Part shown: positions 1-8,688 of the stretch, piece after piece | Layout: each line of letters starts with the position of its first letter | Numbering within the stretch: position 1 is the first letter of the stretch | Source of the DNA: a virus | Lineage: Duplodnaviria; Caudoviricetes | IMG/VR virus record: IMGVR_UViG_3300033066_000592 | Location: 10,265 to 74,264 of that record | Reading direction: 5' to 3' (one strand) | Length of the DNA: 64,000 nt | Translations under genes and position numbers: made by a program | Notes under the pieces: model-generated | Told to the model about the DNA's origin: nothing | Databases searched by the model: none | Seen by the model: only the letters and a program-made list of their open reading frames with translations

Positions 1-363
1 TGGCGCGCGGACCACTTGAAAGAGTGCTGCGGCAAGATCGACTGTCCGCACATGGGCGGCATGATCGATTACACGCGGCTGTCTGAGTCTTGTGCTCATC
101 GTCTCGGCCTTGCAAAAAAGCTGATGACCAATCCGCCGACTGTCGAAGCTGTTCTGTGGACCGCGCATCCCGAAAGCGAGCGCCGCGCTGACGCGCTTCT
201 GCAAGCTCTGTACGAACAAGACGACTTGCCGTGCGGTCCTAACGGCGAGTTCACGCAGGATCTCTACGACAGCGTAGCTGAGATCGTGCTGTCAAATCCC
301 GGTGTTCTCGTTGATGGCAGCTTGGCTGTTCTACAAGACTGCATCGAAAGCGGAGATCGCTAG
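1..363 (+). CDS. hypothetical protein (frame open from window edge, probably 5'-truncated)
   Basis: Frame is open from base 1 to TAG at 361-363 and the next gene follows closely (366). No recognisable motif. Confidence 0.6.
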   Translation, partial: WRADHLKECCGKIDCPHMGGMIDYTRLSESCAHRLGLAKKLMTNPPTVEAVLWTAHPESERRADALLQALYEQDDLPCGPNGEFTQDLYDSVAEIVLSNPGVLVDGSLAVLQDCIESGDR

Positions 364-365
364 CT

Positions 366-635
366 ATGAAGATCGCGACTATCAAGACGGCCGCAGACAA
401 GAAGGCTCACGTCATCACGCGCAGCGGCAAACGCAAAGATCAAGGCGGCGCTGGCGTCATGTGGCGCTGCTCTTGCAGCAGGAAAAAAGCATGCGTGCGT
501 CTGCGCGATCTGGTCTACGGCCGCTTGTATACACAAGACGTGACGTTGTTTTCTGTAGGTGAACAACGGTTCTTCGATTACGTCACGAGTGACGGTGCTG
601 TTCGCGTTGTGCCAGCAGGACGGAGCGCAAAGTGA
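366..635 (+). CDS. hypothetical protein
   Basis: 89-aa ORF tightly packed between neighbours, with GTGA overlap to the next ORF. Confidence 0.6.
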   Translation: MKIATIKTAADKKAHVITRSGKRKDQGGAGVMWRCSCSRKKACVRLRDLVYGRLYTQDVTLFSVGEQRFFDYVTSDGAVRVVPAGRSAK

Positions 636-841
636 TGCTGACCTGGGATCTCGTTATGTATTGCGTGCAGAACGCTGACAGCAAGTACACGCGGCTGGAT
701 CTCATCGAACGTGAGTGGTGCTTCATCGCGCATGCTGCCAATTCGTTCTGTGCACGCTGTCTCAGTGCAGAGCGTGACTGGCTTGTTGCGTGCAGCGGTG
801 ATGCTGTCTACGCGACTGCTTTCTGTCCCATGACCTACTAA
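632..841 (+). CDS. small Cys-containing hypothetical protein
   Basis: 69-aa ORF coupled to the upstream stop; contains CxxC. Confidence 0.5.
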   Translation: MMLTWDLVMYCVQNADSKYTRLDLIEREWCFIAHAANSFCARCLSAERDWLVACSGDAVYATAFCPMTY

Positions 842-853
842 GAGGAGACGACG

Positions 854-1429
854 ATGCCTGATTGTTCCTGCAAAAAATGTCGCAGTGCCTGTGCAGCCGA
901 CGTCGGTAAACCTGGACGCTTTCTACCGGATGAGCTTGAGAAAGCGGCGGCGTTCAAGGGCTTGTCTGTGCAGGAGTTTTTCAATACGTACTGCGGTGTA
1001 GAAGGACCACTGCATGACCACGAAGACGTCTTCTTCTGGATCACGCCAGCTATCGTGACGATGCAGCCGGGCGCTGAGTATCCAGCCTATCCACGTGGTC
1101 AGTGCATCTTCTACAAAGACGACAAGTGTGAGATTCACATTGTGAAACCGTATGAGTGTCGCGAGACGCTGTGTTGTGCGGAGGATGACGTCTTGCTGTC
1201 CGAAAAACGGCAAGACGTACTTACGACCCACTGGAACTTGATCGAGCCGCAACGTCTCGTACGTAAGCTGCTCGGCCGTGCGCCAGCGCCATGGCCTATA
1301 ACAGAAACCGATTGGCAAAAGTTCCGGGCCTGGCGACGACTTCAATTAGAGGCGCAGCTCATGCATGAGCTGGAGAAAGCGTCTGTTCTGTTGGCGAACC
1401 ACTTGATGCAGAAAGCCGTTGAGTCATGA
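854..1429 (+). CDS. YkgJ-family cysteine-cluster (Zn/Fe-chelating) protein
   Basis: RBS GAGGAG. N-terminal CSCKKCRSAC, then CIFYKDDKCEIHIVKPYECR, which matches the YkgJ C-x-F...C-x-I-[HY]-xx-[KR]P-xx-CR pattern. Confidence 0.75.
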   Translation: MPDCSCKKCRSACAADVGKPGRFLPDELEKAAAFKGLSVQEFFNTYCGVEGPLHDHEDVFFWITPAIVTMQPGAEYPAYPRGQCIFYKDDKCEIHIVKPYECRETLCCAEDDVLLSEKRQDVLTTHWNLIEPQRLVRKLLGRAPAPWPITETDWQKFRAWRRLQLEAQLMHELEKASVLLANHLMQKAVES

Positions 1430-1752
1430 GTCACGAAGATCGCAAAGAACGGAAACATCTGCTACGCGACATCGGTGCGACTGTGAGCAAGGCTGTGAGC
1501 CTTGTGCTGCGGCGCGCACCTACACTTAATGAGCTTGAGATGATGTGCGAGGCGCTGCCTAGCGTGCTCACGAAAGACATCGTCAAGCACGCGCTTACGG
1601 CGCAAGCGCAGCAGTGCCTGCATCTCAACGTGCAGACCGCGCACGTAGGTGCCGAGATGGACTGTGTCTCGCTGCGCTGCGATGACTGCGGTGCCTGCAA
1701 AGTCGTCAAGCTCGCGCATTCTCGCGAAGACGAGTGGACCCTCAAACTCTAG
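1426..1752 (+). CDS. hypothetical protein with CxxC
   Basis: ATGA overlap with the upstream stop; 108 aa. Confidence 0.6.
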   Translation: MSHEDRKERKHLLRDIGATVSKAVSLVLRRAPTLNELEMMCEALPSVLTKDIVKHALTAQAQQCLHLNVQTAHVGAEMDCVSLRCDDCGACKVVKLAHSREDEWTLKL

Positions 1753-1765
1753 GAGACTCAAGCAC

Positions 1766-2203
1766 ATGAAGAAGCCCGCTGCGAAAGCTGTTCCGCTCAA
1801 AGGTCACAGCAAGCTCACGGTTGCCGCCAGCAAGCTCGTGCGCTTTCACACAGATGCCAACGGCAAGCCCATCAAGCCGTGCGACTGCAAGAAAACCTGT
1901 ATGCGCAAGGCGCGCTCTGTGCTGCACAACGTGCAGTTGGAGCCACATGAAAGCCCGCTCATTCAGATGCGCATTCGCCACGCGCAAGTCCATTGCCAGT
2001 GGGCGGCCTATCAGAACCAAGCGCTGGATTCCATGAACTGCGGTCACGTCATCTTCCTGGCATTCGGTGCAGGCTGTACGTACGAGAACGACGAAGCCCT
2101 GCCTGCGTACGCACCTGACGGCACGTACGGTCTTGGCTGGCGCTACAAGCACGTCGGCTACGTGAACCTGGAGACCGGCGACATCGAAGAAGACCTGAAG
2201 TAG
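1766..2203 (+). CDS. hypothetical protein
   Basis: RBS AGGAG at 1751-1755 places the start at ATG 1766 (MKKPAAK...), not the ORF-track start at 1649. Confidence 0.65.
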   Translation: MKKPAAKAVPLKGHSKLTVAASKLVRFHTDANGKPIKPCDCKKTCMRKARSVLHNVQLEPHESPLIQMRIRHAQVHCQWAAYQNQALDSMNCGHVIFLAFGAGCTYENDEALPAYAPDGTYGLGWRYKHVGYVNLETGDIEEDLK

Positions 2204-2253
2204 CTATCACGCACGTCACGCAGTACAACCCAGACAGAGGAGCTAGAACGCAC

Positions 2254-2745
2254 ATGACCAAGAACACGATTGCTACCAAGAAGCCCGCAGCCAAGAAGTC
2301 CAACACCAAGCCTGCTCAGAAGGCCGGTGGCAAAGGCACCAAGCCAGCGGCCAAGAAAGCCGCACCGAAGAAAAAGAAGGCCGCGGTCAGCAAGCCTGAG
2401 CCGTTCGTGCACAAGAGCACGGTCGAGAGCATCAACGAAGCCATCGCGAGCAACAAAGGCAAGATGCCGATGAAGCTGCTGCGCGTCATCATCGACAGCT
2501 ATCACGCGCATGCCGCTGACATGGTGGCGCAGCACGGCAGCTACAGCATGCGCGGTCTCGTGAAGCTCAAGGCAGCACACGTCAAGCCGCTGCCAAAGCG
2601 CGAAGGCAAGAAGCCTGGTACGAACGAGATCGTCATGCTGCCTGCGCGCAAGGAAGGCTACAAAGGCAAAGCCGTGGCGCTCGCAACGCTCAAAGAGGCA
2701 GCACTGAAGTACGCGAAGTCGCAAGGCTGCAAGGTGAGCAAGTAG
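2254..2745 (+). CDS. HU/IHF-family DNA-binding protein with Lys/Ala-rich (histone H1-like) N-terminal tail
   Basis: C-terminal GSYSMRGLVKLKAAHVKPLPKREGKKPGTNEIVMLPARK...LKEA matches the HU beta-arm pattern (G-x-NP-x-TGE-x-I-x-IPA). The first ~47 aa are KKPAAKK-type repeats. RBS GAGGAG. Confidence 0.75.
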   Translation: MTKNTIATKKPAAKKSNTKPAQKAGGKGTKPAAKKAAPKKKKAAVSKPEPFVHKSTVESINEAIASNKGKMPMKLLRVIIDSYHAHAADMVAQHGSYSMRGLVKLKAAHVKPLPKREGKKPGTNEIVMLPARKEGYKGKAVALATLKEAALKYAKSQGCKVSK

Positions 2746-2746
2746 C

Positions 2747-3157
2747 GTGCAGACGTTCTTGCCGTACGCGAGCTTTGAGCGTTGTGCGCGTGTGCTTGAC
2801 AATCGGCGCCTGCACAATCAAGTCAACGAGGCGCTTATCATCTATCGCACGCTGACAGGCTATTACGGCGAGGACGGCGGCTGGCCGAATCACGCCGCCG
2901 TGCGCATGTGGCGCACCTACACAGGTGCGCTGCTCTTGTACCGCAACGCGATGATTCGCGAGTGCCGACGTCGCGGTCTCGGTACAAGCGCAGCACTCGC
3001 ACCGGTACGAACGGATGTGCGCCTGCCGCGCTGGCTGCACTCACGCAAGCTGCATGCCTCGCACCGTTCGCAGCTACTGCACAAAGACCACGCGCGTTAC
3101 AAACGCTTCGGTTGGCACGAACGCCCAGGAGCGCTGCCGTATCACTGGCCCGCGTAG
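2747..3157 (+). CDS. pyrimidine-dimer DNA glycosylase / endonuclease V-like protein (MSMEG_6728-type)
   Basis: MQTFLPY start, then RRLxxQxxE, GWPNHAAVRMW, HASHRSQLLHKD and LPYHWP motifs. GTG start. Confidence 0.85.
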   Translation: MQTFLPYASFERCARVLDNRRLHNQVNEALIIYRTLTGYYGEDGGWPNHAAVRMWRTYTGALLLYRNAMIRECRRRGLGTSAALAPVRTDVRLPRWLHSRKLHASHRSQLLHKDHARYKRFGWHERPGALPYHWPA

Positions 3158-3218
3158 AAGTAGAACACTCGCCTTGGGGGGCGTTTACCTATTCAAGTTC
3201 AGCAAGAGGAGTTCACTG

Positions 3219-4127
3219 ATGAGCAAGAAAGCAGCAGTAGAGAAAAAGATCGCGCGACGCCTGTACAAGAAAGGCGATCACGTACGCGGAAAAGATCACA
3301 AGCTAGACGGTCTTGTGGCGGAAGATGAAAACCCAGATCGCACGACAGGTCTTGTCAGTGTGTGGTGGCCAGGCGACACGCCAGAGGTGTGCTTGCACAC
3401 AACGCTTCAGCTCTGTACAGAAGCATCGCCGGAAAGCATCAAGGCCGTGGAAGAGGTCACAAAGTTCGAGCATGACGCAAAGCTCGTATGGACACATTTT
3501 CAGGCAACCTGGATGCCTACGCTGCATCGGAATGTCATCAGCACGGAGTTCAGCAACAAGCCCAAACCAACACTATACCAAGCGGCAATGATGCCTGATC
3601 CGGCAGGTCACGACGTTCAGGGCGGCGTGGATTTCAGTAGAGGTAAAAGCTGGTCCGCACAGCGGCTCATACCTGAAGACGTGCTGTATGCGGCCGTGCT
3701 TGAGAAGGACCAGCCTGCACGTGAAGGCTCGCACGTGCTTGTCTCACCTACCGAAGTCGTTCCGGCTGAAGAGTACAATCGCAGTCACGGTCTCGTGATC
3801 AAAGACAGCCTGATGCGCAGTCACGCACCGGCAGACAAGCCGCTCACGGCTACGCTCGCGCAGCGTGGCATTCAACTGCCCGGCCAGCAGCGCATGATTC
3901 GCGGTGACAAGCATCTTGGTCATCGCATGCACGACTATCACGACAACATGAGCGATCCGGTCTATCAAGTCGGCTCGTACTTCTTTGCAGAGCGGCCGGT
4001 GCCTGAAGAATGGGCACGCCGCGCGCTGTCTTCTCTGCACGCCTTCTACAAGGCGCATCGTACGGAGCACCTGCGCCGCGTCATCACGGATCTAGAGACT
4101 GCACTAGCAGGAGGAATCGCATCATGA
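3219..4127 (+). CDS. hypothetical protein
   Basis: RBS GAGGAG before ATG 3219 (MSKKAAVEKK...); 302 aa with no recognised motif. Confidence 0.7.
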   Translation: MSKKAAVEKKIARRLYKKGDHVRGKDHKLDGLVAEDENPDRTTGLVSVWWPGDTPEVCLHTTLQLCTEASPESIKAVEEVTKFEHDAKLVWTHFQATWMPTLHRNVISTEFSNKPKPTLYQAAMMPDPAGHDVQGGVDFSRGKSWSAQRLIPEDVLYAAVLEKDQPAREGSHVLVSPTEVVPAEEYNRSHGLVIKDSLMRSHAPADKPLTATLAQRGIQLPGQQRMIRGDKHLGHRMHDYHDNMSDPVYQVGSYFFAERPVPEEWARRALSSLHAFYKAHRTEHLRRVITDLETALAGGIAS

Positions 4128-4423
4128 GCAAGCGTCACGTGAAGTACAGAATCGTGCTTGAGTTCAACAGCACGCTGTACGACAGAGCAACAGGCGATGA
4201 GCCCTTTAGCAAGCTCATGCGCTTGCAGCGATTGGACGCTTTGCGTGCCGAGCTGATCGATGGCCTTGACGGCTCGGAGTCTATGAAAGCGCCCGAGTTC
4301 ATGAAGATCATCGAAGTCGTGAACTGTGACGACCTGCTTGAGCGTCATGCTGATGGCACGCCCTGTCACAAGCGCAAGGGCTGCGACCGCACGCACTACG
4401 TACCGAAGCATCCGCCTCTGTAG
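4124..4423 (+). CDS. hypothetical protein
   Basis: RBS GGAGG and ATGA overlap; starts MSKRHVKY and ends in a C-x5-C-x3-H motif. Confidence 0.6.
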   Translation: MSKRHVKYRIVLEFNSTLYDRATGDEPFSKLMRLQRLDALRAELIDGLDGSESMKAPEFMKIIEVVNCDDLLERHADGTPCHKRKGCDRTHYVPKHPPL

Positions 4424-4690
4424 TCCACATCACACACGCCTACCTAGACCGTCCTGGTCACGCTACACAATCCCCCACGCACAAGCACACGACCACGTTG
4501 ACGAAATCGGCACCCACGCGCTGCACAGGCGGCGCCTCTCAGAGAGACCGAGAAGGGGCCTCTCGAATACTGCGGGAGAGAAAAAACAGTGAGTAGCACT
4601 CCGACACTTTTTTACCCGTACGCGCCGCTTTTTTTGTTGCTGCATGTACGTGCTACCATTACGTGTATCTTGCACACCCGAGGCTCGCCA

Positions 4691-4960
4691 ATGAATCAAG
4701 TACGCTTGCGTCTGTCACTTCTCGCTTGTCTGTTTTTGACGAGCTGTCCTGACGGCGTTGACGACGTCATCGACACGCTCACCGGCCTAACGACAGGCGA
4801 AAAGACCATCCACTCGTGCGGCTGCGACTACTACAAGCAGCACAAGCAGTATTGGAATATGACCGCCTGCAATCGCAGCAGCGGCAACTATGGCGTTCGT
4901 GCCACGCTTCCTGCCGCTCAGCATATGTGCTGCGCTAGCTGTCGGCTCATCTGCTTCTAG
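4691..4960 (+). CDS. putative small Cys-rich lipoprotein
   Basis: MNQVRLRLSLLACLFLTSC has a basic N-region, hydrophobic core and lipobox LTSC; several Cys follow. Confidence 0.5.
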   Translation: MNQVRLRLSLLACLFLTSCPDGVDDVIDTLTGLTTGEKTIHSCGCDYYKQHKQYWNMTACNRSSGNYGVRATLPAAQHMCCASCRLICF

Positions 4961-5146
4961 CCGCTGTTATTTTTTTTGACTTTCATCCTCGCTATGCCCA
5001 AGAATCCGAGTTCCTTAGGCGCGGATTTCTTGCGACAGCAAGGATGACGTGTTTGGTCTGGCCTGACCGATGTTGTCAGGCGGCGCGGAGGGCATCTAAA
5101 CCGCGCCGCCTGGCTTTTCCGCCCGCTTCCTGCTACGCCCTCCTGT

Positions 5147-5806
5147 ATGAAAATCCTCCGACTCGCTCCTCTCTTCCTGCTCATCTCCTCGTGCTTCTTC
5201 GACCTAGCCGGCTTGCAAAGCGGCAATAAAGTGCCTGACGCAGCTGCGTCAGCTGTCGACATGCACAGCAGTACTGTCGTCACGACGTATGATCTGACTA
5301 CGTCTGTCGATTTGCTGCCTGCGCAAGATCCGCCTGTTGCCGCAGCTGGCTGCTCGTCTGGCCTCGGCTATCCTGTCTACGTCGGCGCTGTGCAGCTGTA
5401 TGCGTGTCCTGGCATCTTTGATGCTGGCAAAGCCGCGTCTCTCTGCGCCAGCGGCTACACGATCGCAACAGCCGTCACGCCGAACTGTACGTTCGCTGTC
5501 ACGCAGACGTACAAGACGTACGGTTTTTTCACTGCGAACGTGCTCTACGCCAACATTGGCGCCGATGCCGCAGCGCCTGTATGCCAGTGGCAGAACCAGT
5601 CGGCCGTAGATCGCGGCATCGGCGGCTGCGGCAATGCCGCGAACGTGCTTACGACGCCAGCAGGCTGTGGCAGCACCGATCGCACGATGCCTTGCTCTGC
5701 TGCTGCATCGAGTTTCAGCTGTCCGACGACGAGTCGCGGTGATGGCGACTTCGCTGCTGGCTTGTCCAACACGGATCCGCGTAGCGGCGTGCTCTGCTAT
5801 CGCTGA
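5147..5806 (+). CDS. putative Cys-rich lipoprotein / secreted protein
   Basis: MKILRLAPLFLLISSC has a lipobox; about 10 further Cys in an extracellular-like domain. Confidence 0.7.
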   Translation: MKILRLAPLFLLISSCFFDLAGLQSGNKVPDAAASAVDMHSSTVVTTYDLTTSVDLLPAQDPPVAAAGCSSGLGYPVYVGAVQLYACPGIFDAGKAASLCASGYTIATAVTPNCTFAVTQTYKTYGFFTANVLYANIGADAAAPVCQWQNQSAVDRGIGGCGNAANVLTTPAGCGSTDRTMPCSAAASSFSCPTTSRGDGDFAAGLSNTDPRSGVLCYR

Positions 5807-5846
5807 AAAAAAGAAAAGCCGCACACGGAATGATCTGTGTGCGGCT
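5806..5846 (-). terminator. intrinsic terminator for the minus-strand operon (8319->5886)
   Basis: 12-bp stem AGCCGCACACGG (5817-5828) / CTGTGTGCGGCT (5835-5846) with one G-U pair, next to an A-tract (5806-5817) that reads as a U-tract on the minus strand. Lies between convergent genes. Confidence 0.8.
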
Positions 5847-5885
5847 CCAGCTCAACACCCTTCGCAGCGCAAAGCGTAGCAGACG

Positions 5886-6839
5886 CTACGGCACCGTCGC
5901 AAGCTCCTGAACGACAAAGCTCAGCTCGACTTCGGCACCGACGCCTGCATGCACGGCGTTGTCGAAGCCGAGATTCGCCGTGCTCGCGGCGTCATGTTGC
6001 ACGCTGCCGTTGGCGCCTGCCGTGTTGGTCGTCACAGCGAGAGCCGCGAGAATGCCAGTCGCATTTGCGCCGACAAGCGGCAGCGCGTTGAGCGCGATAC
6101 GCGCTTCCAGCGCCGTCATCGCTGCCAGATTCGCAGCGTCGCCCGTGCCTGTATACGTACCGACGCCCGGCAAGCCTAGCGAGGTCGGCACGCCAGCGTC
6201 CGAGAAGGCGACGAATTGCACTGAGCTGCCTGTGCCAAACGTACCGCTGGCGTAGTCGATCTCGCTGCCGCCGGAAGCCACAGGCGCGAAGTTCGGAATC
6301 GCCGCGGCGATCAGCGTCGCGAGCACGGCGGCGCGCGTGGTGTCGCCGACGCCGAATGTCACCATGACAGGCGCTCCACCGTTGACAGCGATCGTCACGC
6401 TCTTGCCGTTGAGGCCCGCATAGGTGGCGCCGACACTGACCTTGTGACCGGCTGTACCTGCCCAGGTCTTGGTCTGCACGGCTCCGCCATCGATCTTGAA
6501 CTTCGTTGTCTGACCTGGCGTGATGTTGAAAGGACCCGTACCGCCGATGGCAGCTCCGATGGTCTGCGTGGCGTCCGTGTTGTTGGCTTGCAGCACGGCG
6601 ACTTCGAACGTGCCCAGCTCAGGCAGCTTGCGCGCCTGAACCTTGACGCCGTTCGATGTGCTCCAGTCGTTCACGCTCGCTTGTACGACGTAGTTGTTGT
6701 GCATGATGCCGAGCTTGACGACGGCTCGCGCAATGGCGTGGAACGTACCCAGATGCAGCTGCGGATTGAATCGGCTGCGCCACGGAAACGGTGCGCTGCG
6801 GCTGCCGGCATCGGCCGGCTCGACGAGAACTGCGGTCAT
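5886..6839 (-). CDS. putative virion surface/decoration protein related to the tail-sheath insertion
   Basis: RBS AGGAG before ATG 6839 (MTAVLVEP...). Gly/Ala/Thr-rich beta repeats; shares LGFDNAVHAG and xNGGAxxxxTF motifs with the sheath at 41651. Confidence 0.7.
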   Translation of the reverse strand: MTAVLVEPADAGSRSAPFPWRSRFNPQLHLGTFHAIARAVVKLGIMHNNYVVQASVNDWSTSNGVKVQARKLPELGTFEVAVLQANNTDATQTIGAAIGGTGPFNITPGQTTKFKIDGGAVQTKTWAGTAGHKVSVGATYAGLNGKSVTIAVNGGAPVMVTFGVGDTTRAAVLATLIAAAIPNFAPVASGGSEIDYASGTFGTGSSVQFVAFSDAGVPTSLGLPGVGTYTGTGDAANLAAMTALEARIALNALPLVGANATGILAALAVTTNTAGANGSVQHDAASTANLGFDNAVHAGVGAEVELSFVVQELATVP

Positions 6840-6919
6840 GTGCTTTCTCCTGTGCTCGTGAATCAGCGCCGTTCGCCACCGTGGCGTCGTGCGCCTATTG
6901 CGCCGCACAGGCTAGCACG

Positions 6920-7207
6920 TCAACGATCGAGTGGCGTGACTCCTGGATCAGGCTCACCGTAATCGACGAGATAGAAGCGCTCGCTATGAGCCTGCGCCTC
7001 ACAGTGACCTGTGTTTGGATTGCAGCGGGCAGGCAGCTTGCAGCCGCCTGGACACTCTTTAACAGGCATGACGCCACCGTCGTACGTCTGCACAGGTGGC
7101 GTGTGCTCGTAACGACGGCTGACAACCTGTCGATCACGTGTGAAGTAAACGAACAGCAGCAGCGCCAGGAGCATCGCCGTGGTCTGTATGAAGTCGCGCC
7201 AGCTCAT
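6920..7207 (-). CDS. small membrane-anchored protein
   Basis: N-terminal hydrophobic segment (MLLALLLFVYF) and a C-terminal CPGGCKLPARCNPNTGHC motif. Confidence 0.55.
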   Translation of the reverse strand: MSWRDFIQTTAMLLALLLFVYFTRDRQVVSRRYEHTPPVQTYDGGVMPVKECPGGCKLPARCNPNTGHCEAQAHSERFYLVDYGEPDPGVTPLDR

Positions 7208-7515
7208 GGCTTGATCTCCGAGATGGGCGGCTTGCTGATAGGCACTGCTGTCGGCTCTGCTGTTGGCGCAGATGGTGTAGCTGGCACGGCAGGATCTTTG
7301 CGACGCAGTGCTTCGAGAGCGATGTCGCGGTTCGTGTCGATCAGACGCAGAATCACGCGCTCTGCGGAGGCGTCTTTCTGCTTGGGCATCTTTCGTCTGA
7401 CGATGAGCGTAGCTACAACGACAAACACAACGGCGCCAACGCCCGATATGCCTTTGAGAGACGTTGCCGTCTCGACCATCTCAGGTATGCCCGCGTCGGC
7501 TATTCGCATCCACAT
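7204..7515 (-). CDS. single-pass membrane protein
   Basis: One strong TM segment (GVGAVVFVVVATLIV) followed by RRK; start probably ATG 7515. Confidence 0.55.
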   Translation of the reverse strand: MWMRIADAGIPEMVETATSLKGISGVGAVVFVVVATLIVRRKMPKQKDASAERVILRLIDTNRDIALEALRRKDPAVPATPSAPTAEPTAVPISKPPISEIKP

Positions 7516-7533
7516 GGACGCGGACCCTATCAA

Positions 7534-8319
7534 CTACCAGCTACCTATGACAAGCGACTCTACGTCGGGTAGGTTTTTTGGCACGTGCAGACGGGCCAAC
7601 GCACGACCCAGCCAGAGCGTGTTGACGTTCTGTCGTAGCAAGTCGACTACGGCTGGACTGGTGCTGTTCATGATGTCTGCGTCATCGGCGGATAAGACGC
7701 CACAGAGGTCGTAGAAGTCGCGTAAAAGCACGTTGGCTGTTGCCGGTCCGATGCCGCGAACGCCTGGCACTTGATCGTGCTTACCGACGAAAGCGAGGTA
7801 GTCTGCATACCGTGATGGTGGAAAGCTGTAGGTCAGTGCGAAGTTGCCGAGGTTGAATTCGGACTTACCGTCGGTGATGCTCGTAACCTTGCTCACGGCT
7901 GCATAGAGATCATGATCGCCGGTCACGACGAGAACGCGATTGAAATTCACAGCTTCAGCTCGTCGAGCAAGACCGAATAACACGTCGTCAGCTTCCACGC
8001 CATCAGCGTCGACAACTGTAAAACCAAGCTTGTGTACAGCTGTGCGTGCTTTTTTCAGCTCACCGACGAAGGCTGGGGTCTTCGCGTCACGAAGGGCTTT
8101 ATAGCCTTCGCCGTCGGTGAGTGGTTTTAGACGCTGTAGGATGTTGCGGCGATAGTCTCGACTGGAAGCGGTGTCAAAAACGACGGCACCGTGCGTGAAG
8201 TCTCGACGGAAGCGAAGAACATTTCGGATGACATAGTTTGCACCGCCCACCGACGGTACGGCGCATCCCCGATGTAGGAGGTTGTATCCGTCGAGAAGCA
8301 CTAGCGATTTTTGGCTCAC
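7534..8319 (-). CDS. 5'-3' exonuclease / flap endonuclease (PolI N-terminal / T4 RNase H family)
   Basis: VLLDGYNLLHR, VVFD, YKxxR, VEADDV, VTGDHDL and the helix-3-turn-helix motif VPGVRGIGPATA. Confidence 0.92.
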   Translation of the reverse strand: MSQKSLVLLDGYNLLHRGCAVPSVGGANYVIRNVLRFRRDFTHGAVVFDTASSRDYRRNILQRLKPLTDGEGYKALRDAKTPAFVGELKKARTAVHKLGFTVVDADGVEADDVLFGLARRAEAVNFNRVLVVTGDHDLYAAVSKVTSITDGKSEFNLGNFALTYSFPPSRYADYLAFVGKHDQVPGVRGIGPATANVLLRDFYDLCGVLSADDADIMNSTSPAVVDLLRQNVNTLWLGRALARLHVPKNLPDVESLVIGSW

Positions 8320-8325
8320 CGGCCT

Positions 8326-8331
8326 ATCGTA
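8326..8331 (-). promoter_or_regulatory. putative -10 element (TACGAT) 6 nt upstream of GTG 8319
   Basis: Minus strand reads GCGC-TACGAT-AGGCCG-GTG, with no Shine-Dalgarno sequence. Confidence 0.45.
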
Positions 8332-8688
8332 GCGCAGGTGTTTTTCAGTCTGTAGTTAAAACTGGTGTAGCGAAACGGTGATTACTGCGACCTTGCATTT
8401 ACATGTGTCTTGAGCAAGTACACATGATACCTAAAAGATGCAGGTCGAGCATGTACAGCACAAATTCAGGATTTTATGTGCCAAGATTCATGACGCATTT
8501 TTCGCGTGTGCTTGTAACAAGTGTTGCATTTACGTATCGACATTACTTGCTTGATGTACAGCGAGTTTGCCGAAGGTATTGGGGTTGTAAGCGGAGAATA
8601 CCGGGTCCTATGGCTCGGTGCGCACGCCTGGGCCCGCGTAGGCTGGCCCGTCGCTGTTCACGTAGGCACTAACAGGTAAAGAGGCTAC

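Noticed and set aside
4960-5145. tRNA or tmRNA in the structured gap
   Set aside because: No T-loop GTTCRA, D-loop or CCA end in cloverleaf geometry. No tRNA was recognised elsewhere either.
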